This document shows, piece after piece, positions 17,835-26,868 of a stretch of 45,476 bases of DNA (the first letter of the stretch is position 1; each line of letters starts with the position of its first letter). The notes under the pieces are model-generated. The model was not told where the DNA came from and made no database searches. It was given only the letters and a program-made list of their open reading frames with translations. The DNA is from Promethearchaeota archaeon. Its GTDB lineage: Archaea > Asgardarchaeota > Lokiarchaeia > Sigyniarchaeales > SOKP01. Made by a program: the position numbers and the translations under genes. Where the stretch lies: assembly GCA_048941015.1 (NCBI GenBank), contig JBHLNZ010000022.1:1874-47349 (forward strand), in the 5' to 3' direction.

Positions 17835-19541
17835 ATGAGCATATTAAGTGAAGAAGAGATAGAGCGTTTAAAAAATACCCATCCAAAAAAGAAAATTTTA
17901 CGTTTAATATTTTTACTTATTGGATTACTTTTTATAGCCTTAGGATTCATTTTATTAATGATCGGATTTGATTTTGATTTTACGATTGATGAAATAAACG
18001 TTTCTTTTATTATTGATATTTTAATAATAGTTTTTGGAATGGTAATAGCTTCCAAATATTTTATTGCTCCATATTATATCCGTGAAAATTCTTTAACTTT
18101 AAAAAGACTCCGTAATTTAAGGGAACCCGTTGAAGACGTTATAAAATTTTTTTCACTCTCTGTGTCTAGACTAATTGCTGCCCTAATTTTGATAATAGCT
18201 GGAATCATTTCTTTTAGTATTTTTGGTTTGGATGTGGGACATGAAGTTAAGTATGGTAGTGCAGTAGTATTAGGAGGACCTTCCTGGTTTTATGTCACAG
18301 GATTACCAATATTAGGAATTGGTTTTACATTATTATTATACTTTTTTTTAAGTCCATTTCATGGGACATTTTCTAAATCGAATAACTTTTTTTTCTTTTA
18401 TGAAATACGTCCTGGATTCCCATGGTTAACAGAAATAGTAAGAAATGATATTGAGGCAATTAGATACCAAAATAACCATTTAGGTCCAAAATTAGGCTGG
18501 CTAGTATTTTTTATGCCCTTTATTGTATTACAACTTATGACAGCAATCCCTCTTTTTGGCGCTGAAAGAGCTGCTCCTAAATATACACTGTCATGGATAT
18601 TTATTATTATTTCTATCCTTGAAATTATTGCTTTAGTTTATCTAGTTGGTTTTCCACAAAACTATTTTGAAATTGCAACTAAAGAAAGGCTATATGAAAT
18701 GTGGTTTTCTCCGTATAAGATTCGGGGTCAGTATAATTTTAAGGAAGAATTTAGTGAATTTATAGGTTGTAATTTTGAGACTAGTAAAGAAGAAAGAATA
18801 AGCATGGATGATAATGACGATTCAATATTTAAGGATGTTAGTAAAACCCATTTTCAATTGTTTTCCTTGATATTTGGATTATTTCTAATAGTTAGTGCAA
18901 TTATTATGTTAACCCAGATGGTTTTATTTGGGCCTCTTGTATGGTGGATTGCTATAACTTATGGTTTTATTTTGCTAGTTAAATCATTTTGCTTTGATTT
19001 TAGTAATCATGATGAGGATCATTTTTATTACGATAATGATAACGAGATTTTCAAATTCAAGAGAAAATTTAGCTATAAATTTCATTATGTATCTGCATTT
19101 AACGTGAACGATATCGGAGTTAAAAAATGGTTTAGAAGATTAGATTTTTTTGATATTGCTGGTATTTGCGGTTTATTACTTTTCTTAACAATCCAACAAA
19201 CAGAAGGTTGGGTCGTTGCTGATACTCAAAGGTTGATTATTGATAACTTATTTAGTACATTTTACATGATTACGGTATTTATTTTTATCTTTCTTTATCT
19301 TTGCCTTCCCGTTGATGTTATCGAATTTAAAACGCCTTCCATTACTTATAGAATAAATATTACATCAAGGTTAAATCATAAAAAACCGTTCAAGAAATAC
19401 CTGATAAACATGAAGAATATGCCAACTGATCTACGAAAGCCGGGTATGAAAAAAACCCTCTTATTACGCGGAGGTATCATGGGATCGATTATAGTAGGCA
19501 CATTGATATATATAACATTCTATTTGGTTTTTTTCTTCTAA
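17835..19541 (+). CDS. Large multi-pass membrane protein with apparent internal duplication
   Basis: Many TM segments interleaved with two beta-rich soluble regions; GGGG SD upstream. Confidence 0.75.
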   Translation: MSILSEEEIERLKNTHPKKKILRLIFLLIGLLFIALGFILLMIGFDFDFTIDEINVSFIIDILIIVFGMVIASKYFIAPYYIRENSLTLKRLRNLREPVEDVIKFFSLSVSRLIAALILIIAGIISFSIFGLDVGHEVKYGSAVVLGGPSWFYVTGLPILGIGFTLLLYFFLSPFHGTFSKSNNFFFFYEIRPGFPWLTEIVRNDIEAIRYQNNHLGPKLGWLVFFMPFIVLQLMTAIPLFGAERAAPKYTLSWIFIIISILEIIALVYLVGFPQNYFEIATKERLYEMWFSPYKIRGQYNFKEEFSEFIGCNFETSKEERISMDDNDDSIFKDVSKTHFQLFSLIFGLFLIVSAIIMLTQMVLFGPLVWWIAITYGFILLVKSFCFDFSNHDEDHFYYDNDNEIFKFKRKFSYKFHYVSAFNVNDIGVKKWFRRLDFFDIAGICGLLLFLTIQQTEGWVVADTQRLIIDNLFSTFYMITVFIFIFLYLCLPVDVIEFKTPSITYRINITSRLNHKKPFKKYLINMKNMPTDLRKPGMKKTLLLRGGIMGSIIVGTLIYITFYLVFFF

Positions 19542-19610
19542 TTTCATATTTTTTTTAAATAATTTTTACTTTTGAAAAAAGAATTAATTTTGTGTTAAAT
19601 TGACTTTATT

Positions 19611-19886
19611 ATGTCAGATCAAATAAAGTTACTACTTTATCTTAAAGATATGGTTTCAGACCTTATCTATGTTAATAGCATAATCGCAAGTGAATTATTA
19701 AAAATTACTGAAAATACTGCTGCCTTAAGACACGGACAGGAGTTTTTAGATAAGAGTAATTGTTTAAGTGAACACAATAAGCTAAGTGAGCATATAGTAT
19801 CAATATTAGAGAAATATAATAAAACCCCAATCGAGATTGAAAGAAAAGAATCATTAGAAAAACACATATTAAAACATAATAAATAG
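19611..19886 (+). CDS. Small helical hypothetical protein
   Basis: 91-aa ORF, 8 nt upstream of the hydrolase gene. Confidence 0.65.
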   Translation: MSDQIKLLLYLKDMVSDLIYVNSIIASELLKITENTAALRHGQEFLDKSNCLSEHNKLSEHIVSILEKYNKTPIEIERKESLEKHILKHNK

Positions 19887-19894
19887 GATGGTTT

Positions 19895-20614
19895 ATGGAA
19901 AATATTACAGTTGAAAATGTTGATATCCCTGTTAAATCAGACAACATTAATCTAAAAGGGTCAATTTATTATACACACCAAACTCCTGCAAAAACTCCAT
20001 TTCTAATTAATCTTGCTGGATTATTGGATCATCGTGATAGTTATTTTGTAAAATATTATAGCGAAAAATTTGCACAAGCGGGATTTTATGTTCTTTCCTA
20101 TGATTACCGAGCTCATGGAGAAACAAAGAAACAAACTGGTTCTAGATGGGATAAAATGGTATTGAAGATATTTGAAGATATTCATGTTGTTATAAATTGG
20201 ATAATTGAAAAGCAATTTGAAAGGCTTTTAAGTAATAAAATTGCTCTATTTGGAAGAAGTATTGGAGGAGCAATTATCTTGACCCATGGTTTCATTGAAG
20301 AACGAGCAAAAATTTTGATAGCGCTTTGCACTCGATATGATTATAGCACAACCAATATCACATTTCCAGAAGAAATCATTCAGAAAATAAGCCCAAAATA
20401 CTTTTTGAAAAATGAATCTTCTAATAATGAGAGAATTCTCATTGCTCATTGTAAGGATGATAATAGAATTCCATTTAAAAATGTAAATCTTATTAAAAAT
20501 CATCTTAATTTAAAAGAAGAGAATGTAATAACCTTTGAATCGGGAGGACATTCGTTTAAAGGTCATAGGGATGAAATTTTTAAATTTTCTTTAGAATTTC
20601 TAAAAAATTTATAA
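19895..20614 (+). CDS. Alpha/beta hydrolase
   Basis: YDYRAHG, nucleophile GRSIGG, HCKDD and GGH triad motifs. Confidence 0.88.
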   Translation: MENITVENVDIPVKSDNINLKGSIYYTHQTPAKTPFLINLAGLLDHRDSYFVKYYSEKFAQAGFYVLSYDYRAHGETKKQTGSRWDKMVLKIFEDIHVVINWIIEKQFERLLSNKIALFGRSIGGAIILTHGFIEERAKILIALCTRYDYSTTNITFPEEIIQKISPKYFLKNESSNNERILIAHCKDDNRIPFKNVNLIKNHLNLKEENVITFESGGHSFKGHRDEIFKFSLEFLKNL

Positions 20615-20665
20615 AATAAGAAAAAATATGTAAATAGAGTTTTAAATATAGGAAGTGAAATATCG

Positions 20666-21574
20666 ATGAACAAAATTTTAATTGTTGGGCCAGCATCACA
20701 AATACTTGGAGTAAAAATAGCAAAGGAATTAGGAATTGATGCTTTAAATACAGAAACTAAAACGTTTCCTGATGGTGAGACTTACATAAGGATTAATATT
20801 GAAGATGAGACTCTTATTCAAGGAAAGGAAGTAATAATAGTTCAATCAACAGGGCCTAATGCAAGTGGAAATCAAAATTCTCGATTATTTGAACTTTTTA
20901 TGATGATTGATGCTGTAAAACGAATAGGAGCTTCTAAAATTGTAATAGTTTCACCATATTTAGCATATGCTCGTCAAGATAAGATATTTAGACCGGGAGA
21001 GTCTCCTTTTGCTAATGTTATTATGAGTTTTATTAACTCATTAGGGATTGATGAGTTTTATACAGTAGATGTCCATGCACCAACTATAATGCAGTTATGC
21101 ACTTGTAAAGTAGTTAATATAGATTCTATGAAATTACTAGCAGATTATATTAAATCATTAGGAGCAGAAGATATTGTTGTAGTATCTCCAGATAAAGGGG
21201 CAATAGAAAGATCTAAAGCTTTCGCAAAACATTTTGGAGATAATATCCCCGTTGACTGCTTTGAAAAAAAAAGAGATGTAAAGTCGGGGGAGATAAAAAT
21301 GTCTGGCACTTTAAGTTTAAAAAATAAGGATGTTGTCATTGCAGATGACATTATTGCAACAGGAGGAACGATGGCATCTGCCATAAAATTATCTAAAGAG
21401 AGTGGTGCACGAAAAGTATACGCAGTAGCAACTCACGCTTTAATGTTAGAACAAGCTAAATTTAGAATTTTGAAGGCAGGAGCAGATAATATTATTGGTA
21501 CTGATTCTATCGATAATGAAATGGCTAAAGTTTCTCTTGCAAAGACAATAGCAGATTATTTAAAATTCGATTAA
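20666..21574 (+). CDS. prs: Ribose-phosphate pyrophosphokinase
   Basis: FPDGE, PYLAYARQD, VSPDKG and DDIIATGGT. Confidence 0.96.
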   Translation: MNKILIVGPASQILGVKIAKELGIDALNTETKTFPDGETYIRINIEDETLIQGKEVIIVQSTGPNASGNQNSRLFELFMMIDAVKRIGASKIVIVSPYLAYARQDKIFRPGESPFANVIMSFINSLGIDEFYTVDVHAPTIMQLCTCKVVNIDSMKLLADYIKSLGAEDIVVVSPDKGAIERSKAFAKHFGDNIPVDCFEKKRDVKSGEIKMSGTLSLKNKDVVIADDIIATGGTMASAIKLSKESGARKVYAVATHALMLEQAKFRILKAGADNIIGTDSIDNEMAKVSLAKTIADYLKFD

Positions 21575-21595
21575 GACCTCAAAATAAAAATCGCA

Positions 21596-22138
21596 TTAAT
21601 AATTATTAATTATTTTCAAAACTAGATTGCGTGTGCGGATTCTTAAATTAGCTTTAGTTGAATTATTTAGAATCTTAAAATCCGCATTTTTTATGACTTT
21701 TTTAAGTCCAAATTTAATCTCTCTTTCATCTCTTTCCTTGATCTTTGTTTTATTTTTTGGATCATCGGTTCTAAATCTTTCAGAAATCCTCTTGTATCTT
21801 AACTTCTTTTTTGTTTTTATTGCAATTAATGGAAATTTCCAATAGCCCTTAAAAACTTTTACTTCATCCCAAGATCGAATCCCATCGATAAATATGACAT
21901 TCTCTTCTTTACTTTGAATTAAATTTACACACTTTTTTGCGATTATATCATCTCCTTTATCCTCTCTTAGCTTTTTGGCAATTTCTCCTAAGTTTTGATC
22001 AGTAAGCTCAATATTTCTATTTTTTGCCTCATTTCTTATCACATCGCCCATAGTAATAATAATCCCTAGATCTTTAATTGATTCTATTGCAGTAGATTTA
22101 CCTGAACCAGGTAAGCCACAAAAGCCAATTACTTTCAT
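21596..22138 (-). CDS. P-loop kinase, UPF0200/dephospho-CoA kinase-like
   Basis: GLPGSGKST, MGDVIR, IDGIRS and RDERE. Confidence 0.82.
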   Translation of the reverse strand: MKVIGFCGLPGSGKSTAIESIKDLGIIITMGDVIRNEAKNRNIELTDQNLGEIAKKLREDKGDDIIAKKCVNLIQSKEENVIFIDGIRSWDEVKVFKGYWKFPLIAIKTKKKLRYKRISERFRTDDPKNKTKIKERDEREIKFGLKKVIKNADFKILNNSTKANLRIRTRNLVLKIINNY

Positions 22139-22245
22139 TTTTTAAAATTTGAATTTAATTTATTTAGAATTAAAAGATTATAAAAGAATATATAACATTC
22201 AAACTATAATTAATTTGTCAATTTATCTATCGAACTGAATTTGTA

Positions 22246-23484
22246 ATGAAGGATAATTCTATTAAAGAAGATCTTGCAGATAATACAAAAAATAAAATCA
22301 ATCAAAAAGAATCCTTATCAGATTCATTAAAACCAAATGACTTATCATTAACTTCTCAATTAATAAAAAAATATGGACTTAACCCTGCAAAAACACCAGT
22401 CCTTTTAAAATACAATGCTTATAGACGGATGGTTGGTTATGCAATTCGATATGCAAGTGAAGATATACCAACTAAATATTGGCGTGAAGTTTATGGAATT
22501 TTAATTGGTTCGGTGGAAAATAACCAAGAAGTGATAGTTAAGGACGCAATTCCAATGGTTGTAGGAGATAGAGCCGGAGTTAAATATGAAAACAAACAAT
22601 ATGTTGATATGGCTCAAATTGATGAGTCTATTCATGAAAGATCAATAAGGGATAAACGAAGTGATTTTATAGTCGGATGGTGGCATACTCACCCCAGTTT
22701 TGGGTTCTTTTATTCACCAATTGATTGTCTTACTCAATTAGGTTATCAAATTCCAAATCCATTCGCGGTAGGATTGATTTTTGATCATTGCGAGAAACTT
22801 TCAGATAAATATTACCTAGGCGTTGCAGGTTTAAGATTAATGAATCCTGAACATGGAACATTATCAACATACAATTTGATCGAGCTTAAACCTGAATTTG
22901 AAGCAAAAAAGATGGTAGATAAAGTTAATAAAGTTATAAAAGAGGTAAATAAAGAAATAAATAAAATTTTAAAAGAATTAAAATATATCGAGGAAACCCT
23001 TCGCAAAAAAGCATTAGCTAAGCTACAAAAAAATTATGGTTTAATGCTTATACCTAAAAGAGATATTAAAGTAACAGCCAATGAAGAAGAAGCTGAAGAT
23101 GATGAAGAATTTCTTTATGAATGGGATCCAGATTTTTTTAAAAAAAGTTATCGTATTCCTAAATTTAGAGAAAAAATAGAAAATGAGATAAAAAAGTATG
23201 AAGATATTTTACTAGATTTTAAAAAATCAAATGATATCAAGATCTTTGAACAGAAAAAGGAAAGATACAGTAAAAAAATTCGATCTCTTATGAGTAAACC
23301 TAATGATTGGTATAATAAAATAATGGATGACTTTACTAAACGTATTGAGATAATTTCTCCTTATTTCGATTATTTAGATACCGATGAAAGAAAAATAATT
23401 GAATATTTTGAAAGCAGAATCACCGAATATAATAAAATTTTAGATAATTTAAATAATAGAGCAGAATTTAACCTTAAAGATTAA
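22246..23484 (+). CDS. JAMM/MPN+ metalloprotease (Rpn11/CSN5-like) with long helical C-terminus
   Basis: EVYGILIG...VGWWHTHPSFGFFYSPID: intact E, HxH, S and D residues. Confidence 0.88.
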   Translation: MKDNSIKEDLADNTKNKINQKESLSDSLKPNDLSLTSQLIKKYGLNPAKTPVLLKYNAYRRMVGYAIRYASEDIPTKYWREVYGILIGSVENNQEVIVKDAIPMVVGDRAGVKYENKQYVDMAQIDESIHERSIRDKRSDFIVGWWHTHPSFGFFYSPIDCLTQLGYQIPNPFAVGLIFDHCEKLSDKYYLGVAGLRLMNPEHGTLSTYNLIELKPEFEAKKMVDKVNKVIKEVNKEINKILKELKYIEETLRKKALAKLQKNYGLMLIPKRDIKVTANEEEAEDDEEFLYEWDPDFFKKSYRIPKFREKIENEIKKYEDILLDFKKSNDIKIFEQKKERYSKKIRSLMSKPNDWYNKIMDDFTKRIEIISPYFDYLDTDERKIIEYFESRITEYNKILDNLNNRAEFNLKD

Positions 23485-23616
23485 ATAGGATTAAACTTTA
23501 AAAAGTATATTAAAAGAACCATAAAAAATTAGTTAATTTAATATTATTTAAAAGATAATTATATTTAGACTTCTTTTAAAAGAATCTAGATTAAGTTTAT
23601 TCTATGTGGTATTTTC

Positions 23617-23940
23617 ATGCCTAATGATACAACATTTATAATAAAGAATCGATCTGATAAAGATAAAACTATTAAAAATGCTATTTTTGCGTTTTCTGGT
23701 GGAACTAAGTCATTATTAATAAAAGGTGAAGGACAAGAAATATCTACTGCAGTAGAGGTTGCAGAAATTTTAAAAAACCGTATGTATCCCTCATTAGAAA
23801 TTGCAAATGTTGAATTAGGAAGTCGCCCTTTCTTTAGAAACAGAAATCGCAGATATAGCAAACAAAATTATAAAAATAATCGAAATAATAATGATTTAAT
23901 ATCTAAAATAGAAATAACACTTTCAAAATCTAATATCTGA
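23617..23940 (+). CDS. Alba-family DNA/RNA-binding protein
   Basis: IKGEGQEISTAVEVAEILKNR, VELGS and ISKIEITL. Confidence 0.85.
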   Translation: MPNDTTFIIKNRSDKDKTIKNAIFAFSGGTKSLLIKGEGQEISTAVEVAEILKNRMYPSLEIANVELGSRPFFRNRNRRYSKQNYKNNRNNNDLISKIEITLSKSNI

Positions 23941-23949
23941 ATTCATTAA

Positions 23950-24123
23950 ATGACATTTAAAAATTTAGGCCCTTTATTAGGCGAGACTAGAACAACAACC
24001 ATTTGCCAAATCTGTGGAGATTTTATTTATAAACAAATTTATTATGATGAAAAATCAAAAGAAAAACAAAAAACTGTTTTTGTCTGCAAAAATTGCCTAA
24101 AAAAAAATAATAATTCTATTTAG
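23950..24123 (+). CDS. Small zinc-finger protein (57 aa)
   Basis: Manual translation MTFKNLGPLLGETRTTTICQICGDFIYKQIYYDEKSKEKQKTVFVCKNCLKKNNNSI; two CxxC pairs; starts 9 nt after the Alba stop. Confidence 0.7.
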   Translation: MTFKNLGPLLGETRTTTICQICGDFIYKQIYYDEKSKEKQKTVFVCKNCLKKNNNSI

Positions 24124-24949
24124 ATTCGCTTTTTTTGGAATTTTTTAGCTTTTTTTGTTTTCTTTTATTGATATATTTATTCCAGTTAAAGGACATAATA
24201 AAAAACATAAAACTAATAGTTAATAATAACATTATCGCTTCTGTAATTACACTAGATATATCATTTGGTTGTCCACCGGTAAACGAAAATCCTAAAGCAA
24301 TAAATACCGGCCAAAGACAATAGATCATAGTTATTACATTTTTTCCAATCCATCCCGGAAGAATGGATTTCCAAAAAGGATATTTAATCATGCCTAAGGG
24401 AATGAATAATAAATCATCTGGAAGGGGGGTTAGAGCAAAAATAAAAATATATAATGGTGTCCTCTTTTTATTTTCTAATACTAATTTTCCAAAACCATCG
24501 ATATTAGCTAAGATATCCGGATTTTTCTCTTGAGCTATCTTTTTAGCTCCATAACCTAAAATATATCCGCTAAATTCACCTAAGGCGCTACCTAATCCTC
24601 CTATTATTGCGATAAAACTAATTTCAAGCCAAAATGAACCTGATATTAAAATTTGATTAGTTAATAAGCCCCTACTCAAATACTTCAAATATATAGAATT
24701 AGAAAGAGAAAAAAGTACAAAAGGAAATGGAATTGGGAATCCTATAGATGCTGAACCTAAAAAGCAAATAGTTAGAGAAATTAAAAGGGCCCAAAAATAA
24801 TTAGGTCCTTGAGTAATATTTGATAAATTGTTCCTTGATTTGATTATAACTTCTTGAATATCTGGTACAAATAAAAAGAGAAATAAGTAAATAATTATCG
24901 CTAAATAAAAGAAAGTAAAAACTATAATCAATTTTTTTGGAACAGCCAT
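24116..24949 (-). CDS. DedA/VTT-superfamily membrane protein (VMP1-like)
   Basis: GLGSALGEFSGYILG and FALTPLPDDLLFIPLG...PFWK...GWIGK. Confidence 0.82.
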   Translation of the reverse strand: MAVPKKLIIVFTFFYLAIIIYLFLFLFVPDIQEVIIKSRNNLSNITQGPNYFWALLISLTICFLGSASIGFPIPFPFVLFSLSNSIYLKYLSRGLLTNQILISGSFWLEISFIAIIGGLGSALGEFSGYILGYGAKKIAQEKNPDILANIDGFGKLVLENKKRTPLYIFIFALTPLPDDLLFIPLGMIKYPFWKSILPGWIGKNVITMIYCLWPVFIALGFSFTGGQPNDISSVITEAIMLLLTISFMFFIMSFNWNKYINKRKQKKLKNSKKSESK

Positions 24950-24964
24950 AATTGAAATTAATCC

Positions 24965-25363
24965 CTATGTATTTAAAGAAGCTTTAGTAAATTTTGTATT
25001 TAATCCATTTTTTGCTTGAAAGAATAATTCTAGGTTTTCAATAATTTTTCCAATTTTATTAACTTTATTCGGCATTTCAATATTTTTTAATATAATTATC
25101 AGTTCATCACTTTTGGGATTATAAATAATGTCTCCTTTCTCAACTTTATTCAAAGCTTTTGGATTCAAGCCTTTAAATATTTGAGGTCCTGGAAGGGTCC
25201 AATAATCTTTCTTACCAAAACTGAATCGCCCTCTTAAAACAATTGGCATCTTATTTAAAATTGCATCAGCAGATAATGGTGCTAAGTGGCGAATTATCAC
25301 TCCCTTAGCTGTTCCAATTCCGAATAAATCAATTTTAATTGGGATGTTTCCGACATTAGACAT
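24965..25363 (-). CDS. Cyclophilin-like fold protein (TM1367/DUF369-like)
   Basis: RHLAPLSADAILNKMP, VEKGDIIYNP and VNKIGKI. Confidence 0.7.
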   Translation of the reverse strand: MSNVGNIPIKIDLFGIGTAKGVIIRHLAPLSADAILNKMPIVLRGRFSFGKKDYWTLPGPQIFKGLNPKALNKVEKGDIIYNPKSDELIIILKNIEMPNKVNKIGKIIENLELFFQAKNGLNTKFTKASLNT

Positions 25364-25471
25364 TTTTTATAAATAAAATACATCCACATATTTATATTAT
25401 TTCAATAAAGAAAAAATGCTTAATCCGACAAATTATTATAAATCTTCTGATTTATATTGAATTACATTAAT

Positions 25472-25486
25472 AAAAAGATTTAAATA
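25472..25486 (+). promoter_or_regulatory. BRE/TATA box for the putative ncRNA
   Basis: AAAAAGA followed by TTTAAATA (25479-25486), about 23 nt before the 5' strand of the terminal helix. Confidence 0.55.
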
Positions 25487-25507
25487 TTCATTTCGCCATT
25501 TATCTAT

Positions 25508-25997
25508 TGGACAATAGTAAAGCATTGGTTATAGATTCAACAATCCTTGTTAAACAATGATAAATTTTTAAACGTTGAATTAAATGATTCATCTTTCTGG
25601 ATTTTTTTTTTGACCAGAATATAATAAATACATTGATTTTTAAAAAAGATAAGTTTCCAATGTTCCTTAAGTGCCACAGAAGATTTAATTTTTACTTTAG
25701 ATCTTAAATACTTTAAATAATATAAGCACATGGGAGCACAATAATTTAGTACGTTAAAATACGTTATAATTTAAATAGCTTTTATAAAATACCTAGGAGC
25801 TAAGTTGCCTGTTCTCTTGTTGAATTGAGTAATTTTTTTTGATACACGAGACAGAGAAACATGACAATTTGACTTTCAAAAAAAATTATATAATATCACA
25901 ATAGGAGCTTTGAATCAGGATTTGGCTTCACGGGAGTAAAATAGTAAATATTCCTTTGAAACAATCTTTCTGAGCTACTCGAAGCTACTATTGTCCA
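25508..25997 (+). ncRNA. Putative large structured non-coding RNA (about 490 nt), family unassigned; partial RNase P-like motifs
   Basis: Perfect 12-bp end pairing TGGACAATAGTA/TACTATTGTCCA, several internal helices with G-U pairs, upstream TATA, downstream T-tract, and no credible ORF inside. Confidence 0.65.
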
Positions 25998-26868
25998 TCT
26001 TTTTTTTTCTTGAATTTAATAACATCAAATCATATTTATCATCGATGTCGTAAAATTCGAGAGCTGGATGTACTTCATAAGTTAAAATTTTTTGCCCACT
26101 TAATATCATAAAATTTAGTGCTTCACTAATAGTTTTTATTGGAAATTTACTTGATATTTCTTGAATATATTTTACAGAATAATAGTTTAGAAATAAAACT
26201 GGAATCATTAATTTAATATTTTGCTTTGAGGTGTCCTGTAATTCTGTTTTAATGATTTTTTTAAGGATAACTTCATTACAATCTTTTTTAGTTTTAATAA
26301 TAGAAAGGGATTTAGGAATTTTTTTGAAGAATTGTTCATATTTCTGCCTAACTGATCTTATATCTATTTTTTTAAAAAAAACAGCAGGGTAATTTTTTAT
26401 TAAGTTGAGGTTCAGAGATGCAATCTTGAAAATTTCTTTTAAAAGAACACTTTCAAAGATGGTGTCACATGGAAGTATGACGAAAAGATACTTCTTTTTA
26501 AACAGTTTAGCATTTCTAGTAAAACTTAAGAAAGAATAAATCGGTCCTTTTGTATATTCTAGTCCAGAATTAATGAAAATTAATTTGTCAGTTAGCGATT
26601 TATTATCGCTTAAATTGGCATTAAAATGTTCTTTTAGTTGAGAGCCTAAGTAACCAGTTATTATAACAATTTTTTGGATTCTAAGATTAGTTAATGTTAA
26701 AATTAAATAATCAATTATAGACCTGCCATTTAAAGTCGCAATTTGAATCAAAGATTTAGGTTTATCTTGAGAGAGATTTTTAATTCGGGTTCCTTTTCCC
26801 GCACAGGGGATTATAGCTATTAATTTTTCTTTTAACTTATTTTCTTGTGGTAACAATAGGATTTCCAT
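25975..26868 (-). CDS. NTP-transferase family nucleotidyltransferase
   Basis: AIIPCAGKGTRI, PKSL, LPCD and FYDIDD; start uncertain because it overlaps map. Confidence 0.8.
   Translation of the reverse strand: MEILLLPQENKLKEKLIAIIPCAGKGTRIKNLSQDKPKSLIQIATLNGRSIIDYLILTLTNLRIQKIVIITGYLGSQLKEHFNANLSDNKSLTDKLIFINSGLEYTKGPIYSFLSFTRNAKLFKKKYLFVILPCDTIFESVLLKEIFKIASLNLNLIKNYPAVFFKKIDIRSVRQKYEQFFKKIPKSLSIIKTKKDCNEVILKKIIKTELQDTSKQNIKLMIPVLFLNYYSVKYIQEISSKFPIKTISEALNFMILSGQKILTYEVHPALEFYDIDDKYDLMLLNSRKKKMDNSSFE
25998..26011 (+). terminator. Oligo-T terminator of the putative ncRNA
   Basis: TCTTTTTTTTTCTT immediately after the 3' strand of the terminal helix. Confidence 0.5.

Noticed and set aside
25537-25731. 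64-aa minus-strand ORF in the large intergenic gap
   Set aside because: No motif or SD, and it lies antisense to the better-supported structured RNA.
25509-25997. tRNA, tmRNA or SRP RNA interpretation (ends pair and finish in CCA)
   Set aside because: No T-arm or D-arm consensus, and no SRP helix-8 or Alu motif; the CCA is part of the terminal helix.
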